Positions 1 to 7,247 of a stretch of 28,946 nucleotides of DNA are shown here, piece after piece (within the stretch, counting starts at the first letter, position 1; every line of letters starts with the position of its first letter). Made by a program: the position numbers and the translations under genes. Origin of the DNA: a virus (lineage: Duplodnaviria; Caudoviricetes); IMG/VR virus record IMGVR_UViG_3300010398_000031, positions 1 through 28,946 of that record; one strand, 5' to 3'. The notes below the pieces were generated by a model that was not told the origin of the DNA, did not search any database, and saw only the letters and a list, made by a program, of their open reading frames with translations.

Positions 1-350
1 ACCGGCTGGCCGGTGAGCTGTCCATCTTCGGGCGGATCTACACCGAGAACGAATACATCCAGGCTTGTACGCCACCAGATGGCCAGATGAGCTCGGAGTA
101 CGTCGAGGAGATCGCCGAAGAGTGGCAAGGCGTCGTGGCCCGGATGGATCGCGGCTTCCGCACCGGGATGTGGTACTCCGAGGTGGAGCCGAGCGGAGAA
201 CCCGGCGACGCACACGTGGTCAGCCTGTGGCCGATCACCCTCGAGGAGTTCACCTGGGCCTCCCACCACGGCTGGCATCCCAGTCCGGAGACGGCGATTC
301 GGATCTACTCCGAGGTACACGTCGCACGAGCCAGGAAGGAGCAGGAATGA
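1..350 (+). CDS. hypothetical phage protein (5'-truncated by window edge)
   Basis: Frame of the 87..350 ORF is open back to position 3 (RLAGELSIFGRIYTENEY...). High GC3 codon use. Stop overlaps next start (ATGA). Confidence 0.75.
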   Translation, partial: RLAGELSIFGRIYTENEYIQACTPPDGQMSSEYVEEIAEEWQGVVARMDRGFRTGMWYSEVEPSGEPGDAHVVSLWPITLEEFTWASHHGWHPSPETAIRIYSEVHVARARKEQE

Positions 351-460
351 CCGAACAGCCAAGCTACGTCTGCCCCCGCTGCGGGGCCCGCAGCTACAAC
401 CCGAACGACATCCGCGAGGGCTATTGCGGGCGTTGCCATGACTGGACCCGCGATGGCTGA
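347..460 (+). CDS. 37-aa zinc-finger microprotein (CPRC...CGRC)
   Basis: ATG at 347 overlaps upstream TGA, with AAGGAG upstream. MTEQPSYVCPRCGARSYNPNDIREGYCGRCHDWTRDG. Confidence 0.75.
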   Translation: MTEQPSYVCPRCGARSYNPNDIREGYCGRCHDWTRDG

Positions 461-698
461 GCCACAGGTGATCTGGCAGAACACCGTCGACCACGGCAAG
501 TGGCGGGTCCGGGTGATCCGCAGCGGTCCCTACACCGGCATCCTGCAGATCCGTCGCGACGACAAGCTGGTCCACGTCGAGGGCGTCGGGCTGGCCTACG
601 GTGCCCTGTTCGGTCCGGACATTGCCGACGTGGAGGAGTGGCAGGAGCGGGCTATCGAGGTCATCGACTCGTTCGCGGAGGCATCCGATGCCGAGTGA
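453..698 (+). CDS. hypothetical phage protein
   Basis: MAEPQVIWQNTVDHGKW... Overlaps neighbours in operon fashion with typical codon usage. Confidence 0.75.
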   Translation: MAEPQVIWQNTVDHGKWRVRVIRSGPYTGILQIRRDDKLVHVEGVGLAYGALFGPDIADVEEWQERAIEVIDSFAEASDAE

Positions 699-843
699 CA
701 GGAGCCACGGCCTGTGGTGCTGGCCGCATCGAGTATGGCGGCGCTACCACTACCACCAGCCGTTCTGGCGGGACGACAAGACCGCCAAGATGCTCGGCAT
801 CGCCCACAAGGGTTGTCCGTACTGCGGGAGGGGAGCAGCATGA
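688..843 (+). CDS. small Cys/His-rich protein (CPYC)
   Basis: GGAGG RBS before ATG 688. Fills the gap between flanking genes with an ATGA overlap at 840. Confidence 0.55.
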   Translation: MPSDRSHGLWCWPHRVWRRYHYHQPFWRDDKTAKMLGIAHKGCPYCGRGAA

Positions 844-1208
844 GAGACCCGGCTCTCTGGTACGACCGGGCTGGGCTGCCGATCGACATCCATGAATGGT
901 CCCGGCTGCACTCGATCGAGGACTACATCCGGGTCGGCAGCACCGACGTCGGCCCGTACTGGGTGTCCACCGTCTGGCTGGGCATCGACCACCGGTTCTA
1001 CGGGGAAGGTCCACCGGTCATCTTCGAGACCATGGTGTTCGCCAAGGAGGACCGTGGTACCGGTTCGCTGCCCGACCTCGACTGCCGGCGCTACTGCACC
1101 GAATCCGAAGCCTTGGCCGGCCACCAGGAGACGGTGCTGCTGGTGGAGGCCACCCTGCAGGAGATTCCAGACCACGTAGAGGAGACCAATGGCAACGGAC
1201 TGGACTGA
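840..1208 (+). CDS. hypothetical phage protein (VSTVWLGIDH...FETMVF motif family)
   Basis: GGAG RBS and ATG 840. Motif recalled from phage hypothetical proteins. Confidence 0.8.
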   Translation: MRDPALWYDRAGLPIDIHEWSRLHSIEDYIRVGSTDVGPYWVSTVWLGIDHRFYGEGPPVIFETMVFAKEDRGTGSLPDLDCRRYCTESEALAGHQETVLLVEATLQEIPDHVEETNGNGLD

Positions 1209-1521
1209 CGACCCCGAATGGAAGGAGTGGAAGGAGCACGTCAAGAATGAGCTGATCCCGATGATCGACGGCTCGGCGTTCACCATGACCCTGGTGCCGG
1301 GGAAAGACGGTGCCGACGTCAAGTTCGCCGTCGAGCTCGGGCTGTCGATCATGTTGAACAAACCCATCGTGCTGGCCTGCCGACGTGGTATGACGAGCCC
1401 GGAAGACATCCCGGCAAAACTGCGCCAGGTGGCCGACGGATGGCTATGGATCGGTGAGGATGGCCAGCCCGAGCCGGACAGCATGCTCTGGCTGAAGGGG
1501 TTCCTAGAGGACATCAAGTAG
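1189..1521 (+). CDS. nucleoside 2-deoxyribosyltransferase/TIR-like fold protein (putative)
   Basis: GAGGAG RBS. AVELGLSIMLNKPIVL resembles the NDT-family ELGxAxxxxKP(V/I) motif. Confidence 0.55.
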   Translation: MATDWTDDPEWKEWKEHVKNELIPMIDGSAFTMTLVPGKDGADVKFAVELGLSIMLNKPIVLACRRGMTSPEDIPAKLRQVADGWLWIGEDGQPEPDSMLWLKGFLEDIK

Positions 1522-1529
1522 TGCATAGC

Positions 1530-1559
1530 TTGCTTTTCATGTACTAAATAGGCTATAAT
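1530..1559 (+). promoter_or_regulatory. SigA/sigma70-type promoter P1
   Basis: TTGCTT-N18-TATAAT in an AT-rich intergenic island. Confidence 0.8.
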
Positions 1560-1611
1560 GTAGGTATGCGTGCTACTGCATGCCCATGTACCGGTGAGTG
1601 GAAGCACCGGA

Positions 1612-1650
1612 CGAAAGCCCCGTCAGATGGAAGGTCTGGCGGGGCTTTCG
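1612..1650 (+). terminator. 16-bp leader hairpin, terminator/attenuator-like
   Basis: CGAAAGCCCCGTCAGA / TCTGGCGGGGCTTTCG with one G-U pair. Only a short U run. Confidence 0.5.
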
Positions 1651-1678
1651 CATGTCATCAACCAGAAAGGGAAGTCAC

Positions 1679-2101
1679 ATGAGGAAGATTCGCCTAGCCG
1701 GCCTGCTTGCGGTCGGCGTCCTGGCTGCTGGCTGTGCCAGCACGAGTTCAGCATCAACGCCCGGTGTTGACCTGGCAGGTACCTATCAGAGCTGCATCGA
1801 GCTGCACTACCACGAGCTGGGCAATGGCAAGTTCGCCGAGAACACGCTGAAGGCCTGGATCAAGATGCCCGACGATCACACTATCGTCGGGAGCTCCGGT
1901 GCCGACCAGATCTACCTGCACACCGTCGGCTGCATGCTCGGCGAGCTGAACGCCCAGTCGGTGGCCGACAAGCTCGGAATGACCACGACGATGTCGGGCG
2001 TCCAATCCGAGACTGAGAACGGCATCGACTACACCTGGTCACTCCAGCCTGGACCGATCTCCGGGCTATGGCTGGACATCACCATCAGGGAGCAGACATG
2101 A
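1679..2101 (+). CDS. lipoprotein (candidate superinfection exclusion)
   Basis: GAAAGGGAAG RBS. MRKIRLAGLLAVGVLAAG-C has a basic N-terminus, hydrophobic core and LAAGC lipobox, then an S/T-rich linker. Confidence 0.8.
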   Translation: MRKIRLAGLLAVGVLAAGCASTSSASTPGVDLAGTYQSCIELHYHELGNGKFAENTLKAWIKMPDDHTIVGSSGADQIYLHTVGCMLGELNAQSVADKLGMTTTMSGVQSETENGIDYTWSLQPGPISGLWLDITIREQT

Positions 2102-2376
2102 GTATGACGTTGCCAATCGTCGCGTACGAGGTGCGCATCGAGTACTGCAACGATCACGTGCTGAACCATCTGTACCCGACGCTCCCCGAAGCCCTCGGAG
2201 AGTACATCGAGGTGCTGTGGCAGGCGGTACTTCCACTGCCGCTACCGGCCAAGCACATCCGGCGTGTCGATCTGGACATGCTGGACGATTTCGGCGGCGT
2301 GATCCGACACATCGACACAGATGGGTTCACCTTCGTATGCACCCACCACCGAACGCCCGTGAGAGGAGGGCGATGA
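2098..2376 (+). CDS. hypothetical protein
   Basis: GGGGAG RBS and ATGA overlaps at both ends. Confidence 0.7.
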   Translation: MSMTLPIVAYEVRIEYCNDHVLNHLYPTLPEALGEYIEVLWQAVLPLPLPAKHIRRVDLDMLDDFGGVIRHIDTDGFTFVCTHHRTPVRGGR

Positions 2377-2837
2377 AGCCAAAACACTGGCTGCTGCGAG
2401 GCGAGGTCAGTCAGGAGATGAGCATGACCAAGCTGGACGACGATGACGAGCGTTTCGTGAACCAGATGGTGCACCAGATCAATGGGTCCAGCCGGTCCCA
2501 GCTGTTCTACCTGGCGGTCTCCCAGCATCAGAAGCTCCATCGACAGCGGTTGCACTCGATAGGCATCACGGCCGCTTGGACAATCGGCCTGGCGATCCTG
2601 TCGATGCGCACCGCGAACACTTCCGACGACAGACTGTTCGCTTGGATCGTCGGTGGCCTCGGGCTGTTCTGGGTAGTGCTGTTCGCACAGACCTGGCAAC
2701 GGCAACGCAAGTGCACGCAGGTAGACGAGCAGATCCTGGTCCGGATCCACCTGCTGGAGAAGGGTGAGGTCATCCTGATGCAGGACGGCCGGGTCATCTC
2801 CGGTGACCCGGAACACCATGAGGGGAGCACTGATTGA
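2373..2837 (+). CDS. membrane protein, two predicted TM helices
   Basis: GAGGAGG RBS. Hydrophobic stretches IGITAAWTIGLAILSM and LFAWIVGGLGLFWVVLFA. Confidence 0.75.
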   Translation: MKPKHWLLRGEVSQEMSMTKLDDDDERFVNQMVHQINGSSRSQLFYLAVSQHQKLHRQRLHSIGITAAWTIGLAILSMRTANTSDDRLFAWIVGGLGLFWVVLFAQTWQRQRKCTQVDEQILVRIHLLEKGEVILMQDGRVISGDPEHHEGSTD

Positions 2838-2889
2838 TGTCTGCGATATCTCATAGACTCCATACACAACCTACGAGAGGACGAACCAT

Positions 2890-3651
2890 ATGAATGTGAG
2901 TGATATCAAGGCGTTAGCCACGTTGGAACAGCGGCTGGCCAACGAGCGCGACAAGGTCGATGTTAAGTACCGGACCGCGTGGTGGCGTACCTCCATCGCG
3001 CTGTCCAAGGTACGTGCCGGTGAGGACCGGGCGGTGGCGATCAGGGTCGTGATGACGGTGACCCACCAGTCCAACAGCTGGATCCACGAGCGGGCCAAGC
3101 TGGCCAAGTACATCGCTCCGGACATCCCGCGGACGACGGTCTACAAACTGCCGCCCAAGCTGACCGCCGAGGTGGTCCGGGCCCAGCTGCCGATCGACAA
3201 GGCGATGGTCAAACGACTGCTCAAGGCGGACCAGGAGGGCACCAACCTGCGCGACTTCGCCCGCGAGCTGACCGGCAAGAGCTGGCCGGACACACCGGCC
3301 GGAGCGAGCCGGGAAACCATCACCAAGATGGTGCAGGCGCAACCGGAGCTGGTCGGCGAGGTGGTCGCCAGCCATCCGAAGGCGTCCCAGGCACATGACC
3401 GGGAGGTACTGGCCAGCCATAACCGTGGCCAGGCAGCCACCCCGACCAGGCATGACCCGAACGAGGGGGTGCTGCTCGAGCTGACCAAGGCGGTCATGCG
3501 TCTGCGGCACGTCTATGACGGGGGGAATGGTGAGCTGAGCGACAACGCCAAGCGCACCATCGACTGGGCGGTGACCGAACTCACCGCCATACAGGAAGGC
3601 CGGGCCTTCGTGGGGGACGTAGAGGCATGGCTGGAGAGCAGTACTACCTGA
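2890..3651 (+). CDS. hypothetical protein, helical, possibly DNA-binding
   Basis: GAGAGGA RBS and 253-aa ORF with coding-like codon bias. Confidence 0.75.
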   Translation: MNVSDIKALATLEQRLANERDKVDVKYRTAWWRTSIALSKVRAGEDRAVAIRVVMTVTHQSNSWIHERAKLAKYIAPDIPRTTVYKLPPKLTAEVVRAQLPIDKAMVKRLLKADQEGTNLRDFARELTGKSWPDTPAGASRETITKMVQAQPELVGEVVASHPKASQAHDREVLASHNRGQAATPTRHDPNEGVLLELTKAVMRLRHVYDGGNGELSDNAKRTIDWAVTELTAIQEGRAFVGDVEAWLESSTT

Positions 3652-3667
3652 GGAGTAGTGCATTGTC

Positions 3668-4177
3668 ATGACTAGCCCCCAGTTCGCGACGATGATCGCG
3701 AACGAGGTGTGGGTCGAGATCCGGGACTCCCGGAAGATCCACTCCAAGCGAGAGATCCGGTTCGCCATCCACGCCAACACTGGCATCTGGCGGGACGACT
3801 CGGTGCTGTTCAACACCGATGTCCGCCGTCTACTGGAGATCAAGGCAGCCGCCAAGGGCATGGCGGTGATCATCGAGCGGAACTGCTGCTGGGTCACCAG
3901 CAGCGAGTACTACGCGATGTTCAAGGTGGCCAAGAACCTGCGGTACCAGATCACCCACGGCGAGTCATTGGCCAACGACGGCAACGGGGTGAACGTGCTG
4001 CAGGCCTCGACCAACCCGTTGGCTCGTCACCTGGCCACCCTGGCATCGAGCGCTGGTGCTCATGCCCAGTGGCTGCGGAATGAGCTGGACGCGATCGACG
4101 CGGTGCTCGCCACCACGTTCGACGCCGGTCGCGCTGCCGCTCGAGCGGATTTCGCAGTCAGGCGTGCCCGCGCCTGA
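3668..4177 (+). CDS. hypothetical protein
   Basis: GAGGAG RBS and 169-aa ORF. Confidence 0.75.
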   Translation: MTSPQFATMIANEVWVEIRDSRKIHSKREIRFAIHANTGIWRDDSVLFNTDVRRLLEIKAAAKGMAVIIERNCCWVTSSEYYAMFKVAKNLRYQITHGESLANDGNGVNVLQASTNPLARHLATLASSAGAHAQWLRNELDAIDAVLATTFDAGRAAARADFAVRRARA

Positions 4178-4187
4178 CCGTGTACAC

Positions 4188-4223
4188 GAGCAGGGGTCCG
4201 GGTGAGGAATCGGACCCCTGCTC
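4188..4223 (+). other. perfect 13-bp GC hairpin without U-tract
   Basis: GAGCAGGGGTCCG / CGGACCCCTGCTC immediately before the CCACGAAAGGA RBS. Confidence 0.65.
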
Positions 4224-4244
4224 AACCACGAAAGGAATACCAGC

Positions 4245-5099
4245 ATGACAGCACGTCCTCGCCCACCAAAGCCCCCATCCATAGACACCAACTGGGTGCT
4301 GGTTACCCCCGAGATGGCCACCAAGTGGCTAGAGAACAGCAAGGAGATCAAGAACCGTCGGATCAGCGAGTCGACGGTGCAGAAGTGGGCCTCAGACATG
4401 GCAGAGGGTCGCTGGAAGCCCAATCCGCAGGTGATGATGCTGGACGCCAACGACGGCGTGCTGGACGGTCAGCACCGGCTCTGGGCGATCATCGAGTCCA
4501 ATACCAGCCAGTGGATGAACGTCTCCCGGCAGGTACCGAGCGACATCATCGATGTCGCAGACTCCGGTAACGCCCGGACCACCGCTCAGGTTCTGTCCAT
4601 GCTCGGGATAGCTCAGCCGTACCGAGTGGCCACCATTGCCCGGGTCGCCCTGATGTACGACCTGTATCCGGAGAAGATCTGGAACCAGACCATCCGGATC
4701 TCCAAGATCCAGGCCCAGCTGTACGCCCGCGAGTACCCGGATCAGATGCAGATCGCCGCCCAGTCGTACGACCGCTGCTACACGGACAAGATGCTGCTGG
4801 TGCCGCCCCGGATGGTGGGCGCTGCAGTGTTCGTCATCGTACAGAACAGTCAGCGGCTGGCGCTGCTGGACGACTTCGCCCGCGGTGTCGGCACCGGCAT
4901 CGGTCTGGAGCACGGCGACGCCCGACTGGCGCTGCGCCGGTATGGCCGTACCACCACCACCATGCTCGGCGGTGGCCAGCGCTTTGAGCAGATCGGGGTC
5001 GCAGTAGTGCTGAAGTCCTGGAACGCGTTCGTCTCCGGGAAGAAGGCGGTCAACATCCGCTGGGACATCAAGGAACTACCGATGCCCAAGGTCATCTGA
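4245..5099 (+). CDS. ParB/Srx-like N-terminal (DGQHR) domain protein
   Basis: VTPEMATKWL..NRRIS...WASDMAEGRW...VLDGQHRLWAII motif typical of phage ParB-like proteins. Confidence 0.85.
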   Translation: MTARPRPPKPPSIDTNWVLVTPEMATKWLENSKEIKNRRISESTVQKWASDMAEGRWKPNPQVMMLDANDGVLDGQHRLWAIIESNTSQWMNVSRQVPSDIIDVADSGNARTTAQVLSMLGIAQPYRVATIARVALMYDLYPEKIWNQTIRISKIQAQLYAREYPDQMQIAAQSYDRCYTDKMLLVPPRMVGAAVFVIVQNSQRLALLDDFARGVGTGIGLEHGDARLALRRYGRTTTTMLGGGQRFEQIGVAVVLKSWNAFVSGKKAVNIRWDIKELPMPKVI

Positions 5100-5109
5100 G
5101 GAGGGTGTC

Positions 5110-5529
5110 ATGAGTCAAGAAGTCAAGATCATCCTGTGGTGCGACAACGATCACGAGGAACCCGCCTTAGCCGTCATCACCAGAACCGTCACGATCGATG
5201 AGTTCGGTCCGACCAAGATCGACCTGTGCGATACGTGCGACAAGATCATTGAGATGGCCGAGGAGCTGGCTAAGAAAGGTGTGCCGGCTACCAGGGTGAA
5301 ACCGCTGATGGCGGCGGACAAGTATCGCGACCAGCGAGCAGCGCGCGGCGGCAAACCCCGGCCTTGGGGACCATGCGAGATCTGCGGCCATAGTTCGACT
5401 ACCAGAGGCGGCCTGGTCCAACACATCAGGGTCCACCACGACATGACCAAGACCCAGTACGAGGCGGCGGGTCATGGTCCGATCCCGATGGAGTTACCGC
5501 CCGCACAACGAAAGGAAGTGAAGGCATGA
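5110..5529 (+). CDS. Lsr2-dimerisation-like N-domain + C2H2 zinc finger protein
   Basis: N-terminus resembles the Lsr2 dimerisation domain (..TIDEFGPTKIDL..). C-terminus has CEIC-x12-HIRVH. Confidence 0.6.
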   Translation: MSQEVKIILWCDNDHEEPALAVITRTVTIDEFGPTKIDLCDTCDKIIEMAEELAKKGVPATRVKPLMAADKYRDQRAARGGKPRPWGPCEICGHSSTTRGGLVQHIRVHHDMTKTQYEAAGHGPIPMELPPAQRKEVKA

Positions 5530-5807
5530 ACTGGTACTGGATCATGCTCCTGGTCGGCGTGGTCGGCGCATTCGCCGCCGGCTACTGGATCGGCTGGGAG
5601 ATGCACAAGGCCCAGGTCGAGATCGACATGGAGAAGACGATCTGGGTCCGCGACCCGGAGTGCTCCGCGTGCGGACGCAGTGACGTCGTACAGAAACTGC
5701 CGAATGGGGAGTACCGGTGCACCCGGCACTCCACCTCGGCGATGAACCACCCCACGTCCCGGTTGCTGTGGCCGGTACCCGATGAGAACGGAGACAACAT
5801 CGCATGA
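5526..5807 (+). CDS. membrane-anchored zinc-finger protein
   Basis: N-terminal TM (WYWIMLLVGVVGAFAAGYWIGW), CSAC...CTRH, and a GAAAGGAAG RBS. Confidence 0.75.
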   Translation: MNWYWIMLLVGVVGAFAAGYWIGWEMHKAQVEIDMEKTIWVRDPECSACGRSDVVQKLPNGEYRCTRHSTSAMNHPTSRLLWPVPDENGDNIA

Positions 5808-6046
5808 CAGTCCAGAGCAAGGCTCGGCTGCATGAGAAGACCGTGCAGGCCGTGGCCCAGAAGGCAGCTAGTGGACGTTCGGTGCGGTATACCGACAGGC
5901 CGGCCAGTCCCAGGGATTACCTGCCGGTGCGCTACAGCCAGGTCGACCGCGCCCTGTGGTCGAAGGTGAAGCAGATCCTGGCCGACAAGACCAACGGCTA
6001 CTCGGTGGTCGAGATCATCTCCAACACCGAGGTGGTGCTCCGCTGA
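5804..6046 (+). CDS. hypothetical protein
   Basis: ATGA overlap at the start, TGATG overlap with the next gene. Confidence 0.7.
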   Translation: MTVQSKARLHEKTVQAVAQKAASGRSVRYTDRPASPRDYLPVRYSQVDRALWSKVKQILADKTNGYSVVEIISNTEVVLR

Positions 6047-6342
6047 TGGGCAATCCGATCCTGGTACATCGTGCCCTGATTGGAGCCGATGTCATCTCCC
6101 GTCACGAGCATGTGATGGAGCTAACCGGCGACGACGATTCGCTGCTGCTCATACTCAACCGGGACGCCATCAGCGACCAGGTGGAGGCCCAGATCTGCCT
6201 GCCGTACAACCAGGTCCTACCGATGATCTACGCGCTGAGCGACTTCATCGCGGACAAGGAGCGGGAGGCGGTCCGCAACTACCGCATCGAACAGGAGAGA
6301 ATCGTGCAGGACGTGTACCTGCCGGAGGACAGCGATGTCTGA
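6046..6342 (+). CDS. hypothetical protein
   Basis: ATG 6046 overlaps the upstream stop. MGNPILVHRALIGADV... Confidence 0.7.
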   Translation: MGNPILVHRALIGADVISRHEHVMELTGDDDSLLLILNRDAISDQVEAQICLPYNQVLPMIYALSDFIADKEREAVRNYRIEQERIVQDVYLPEDSDV

Positions 6343-7015
6343 GAACCCGCTGCTATCGCTGATGTTCTCGGCTAACGACTTCGTCGGCGGGTCCGAGAAG
6401 GTCGAGGGCAATGTCCAACCGGTCGACGACCAGCTGAACTTCGGGCCGGGGGATGCGGCGTTACAAGCTGCCTCCAGCACACTGCTCGAGCGGGACTTCG
6501 CCGTACTACGCGGCATCGACCCGGCCAAGCATGCCGAGGAGTTCCCGGACTGGGAGGAACGACTGTTGATGGGCTATGTGCTGGTCGAGCACTTCTCCCG
6601 ATCCGACCCGGAGATCTCCATCGGCTGGGTCAGCCGGCTGAAATTGCTACCGATGAGTAGCTACCGGTATCGCCAGGCCCGCAAGTGGATGACGGACGGG
6701 TTCCCCGACGTCATCCCGGACTGGGCCAGTAAGAACTACCAGAAATATGCCGACCAGCTAGCCCTGGTCGCGCCGGACACCGTACCCAAGCCGTGTACCT
6801 GCGGCAACTGCGGGTCCAGGGAGATCCTGTTTCAGATCATCAAGCACACCGAGTACCAAGGTCGAGCCGGCGAGATCATGCGCAACGGCGAGAACCTGAC
6901 CTACGTACCCGTCACCGACCTGGACGAGCAGACCTCGGCCCAGGCTCGGTTGATCTGCACTGACTGCGAATCAGTGGCCGATCTGGACAAGGATGAGTGG
7001 GATATGCCAGATTAG
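6335..7015 (+). CDS. hypothetical protein with C-terminal zinc ribbon
   Basis: GGAGGA RBS and CGNC...CTDC. Confidence 0.8.
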   Translation: MSENPLLSLMFSANDFVGGSEKVEGNVQPVDDQLNFGPGDAALQAASSTLLERDFAVLRGIDPAKHAEEFPDWEERLLMGYVLVEHFSRSDPEISIGWVSRLKLLPMSSYRYRQARKWMTDGFPDVIPDWASKNYQKYADQLALVAPDTVPKPCTCGNCGSREILFQIIKHTEYQGRAGEIMRNGENLTYVPVTDLDEQTSAQARLICTDCESVADLDKDEWDMPD

Positions 7016-7017
7016 GC

Positions 7018-7046
7018 TGGTATTTATGTAGTGAATATGCTACAAT
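7018..7046 (+). promoter_or_regulatory. SigA-type promoter P2 (extended -10)
   Basis: TGGTAT-N17-TACAAT with TGn before the -10. AT-rich and homologous to the P1 region. Confidence 0.75.
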
Positions 7047-7079
7047 AGAGTGTACGCGAGCGACCGCATGCCCACGTTC

Positions 7080-7112
7080 AGCCCTACGACTCAGATAGTC
7101 GTGGGGCTTTTT
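7080..7112 (+). terminator. intrinsic terminator/attenuator in leader
   Basis: AGCCCTACGACT / AGTCGTGGGGCT 12-bp stem running into TTTTT. Confidence 0.65.
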
Positions 7113-7123
7113 GCATGCCCTGA

Positions 7124-7190
7124 CACTGCCTGGCAGTGGTGGAACGGTGTTCCCGCAGGGCGTCGCGTGAGATCGCACTGCCAAGCAGTG
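7124..7190. repeat. pair of 15-bp palindromic boxes CACTGCC-N-(G/A)GCAGTG
   Basis: CACTGCCTGGCAGTG at 7124-7138 and CACTGCCAAGCAGTG at 7176-7190. Confidence 0.7.
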
Positions 7191-7247
7191 GAGGAGTAGT
7201 ACTCCCTGATCCGCGAACCGTGACAACAACCATGAAAGGGAAGTGCA

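Noticed and set aside
1576-1630. Hammerhead ribozyme suggested by stem + GGACGAAA...GTC
   Set aside because: The required CUGAnGA core is absent upstream of the stem.
7118-7196. Twister-like look (UGACACUGCC...AGUGGAGG)
   Set aside because: It lacks the conserved UAA cleavage context and the P4 loop needed for the pseudoknots. It is better explained by the palindromes.
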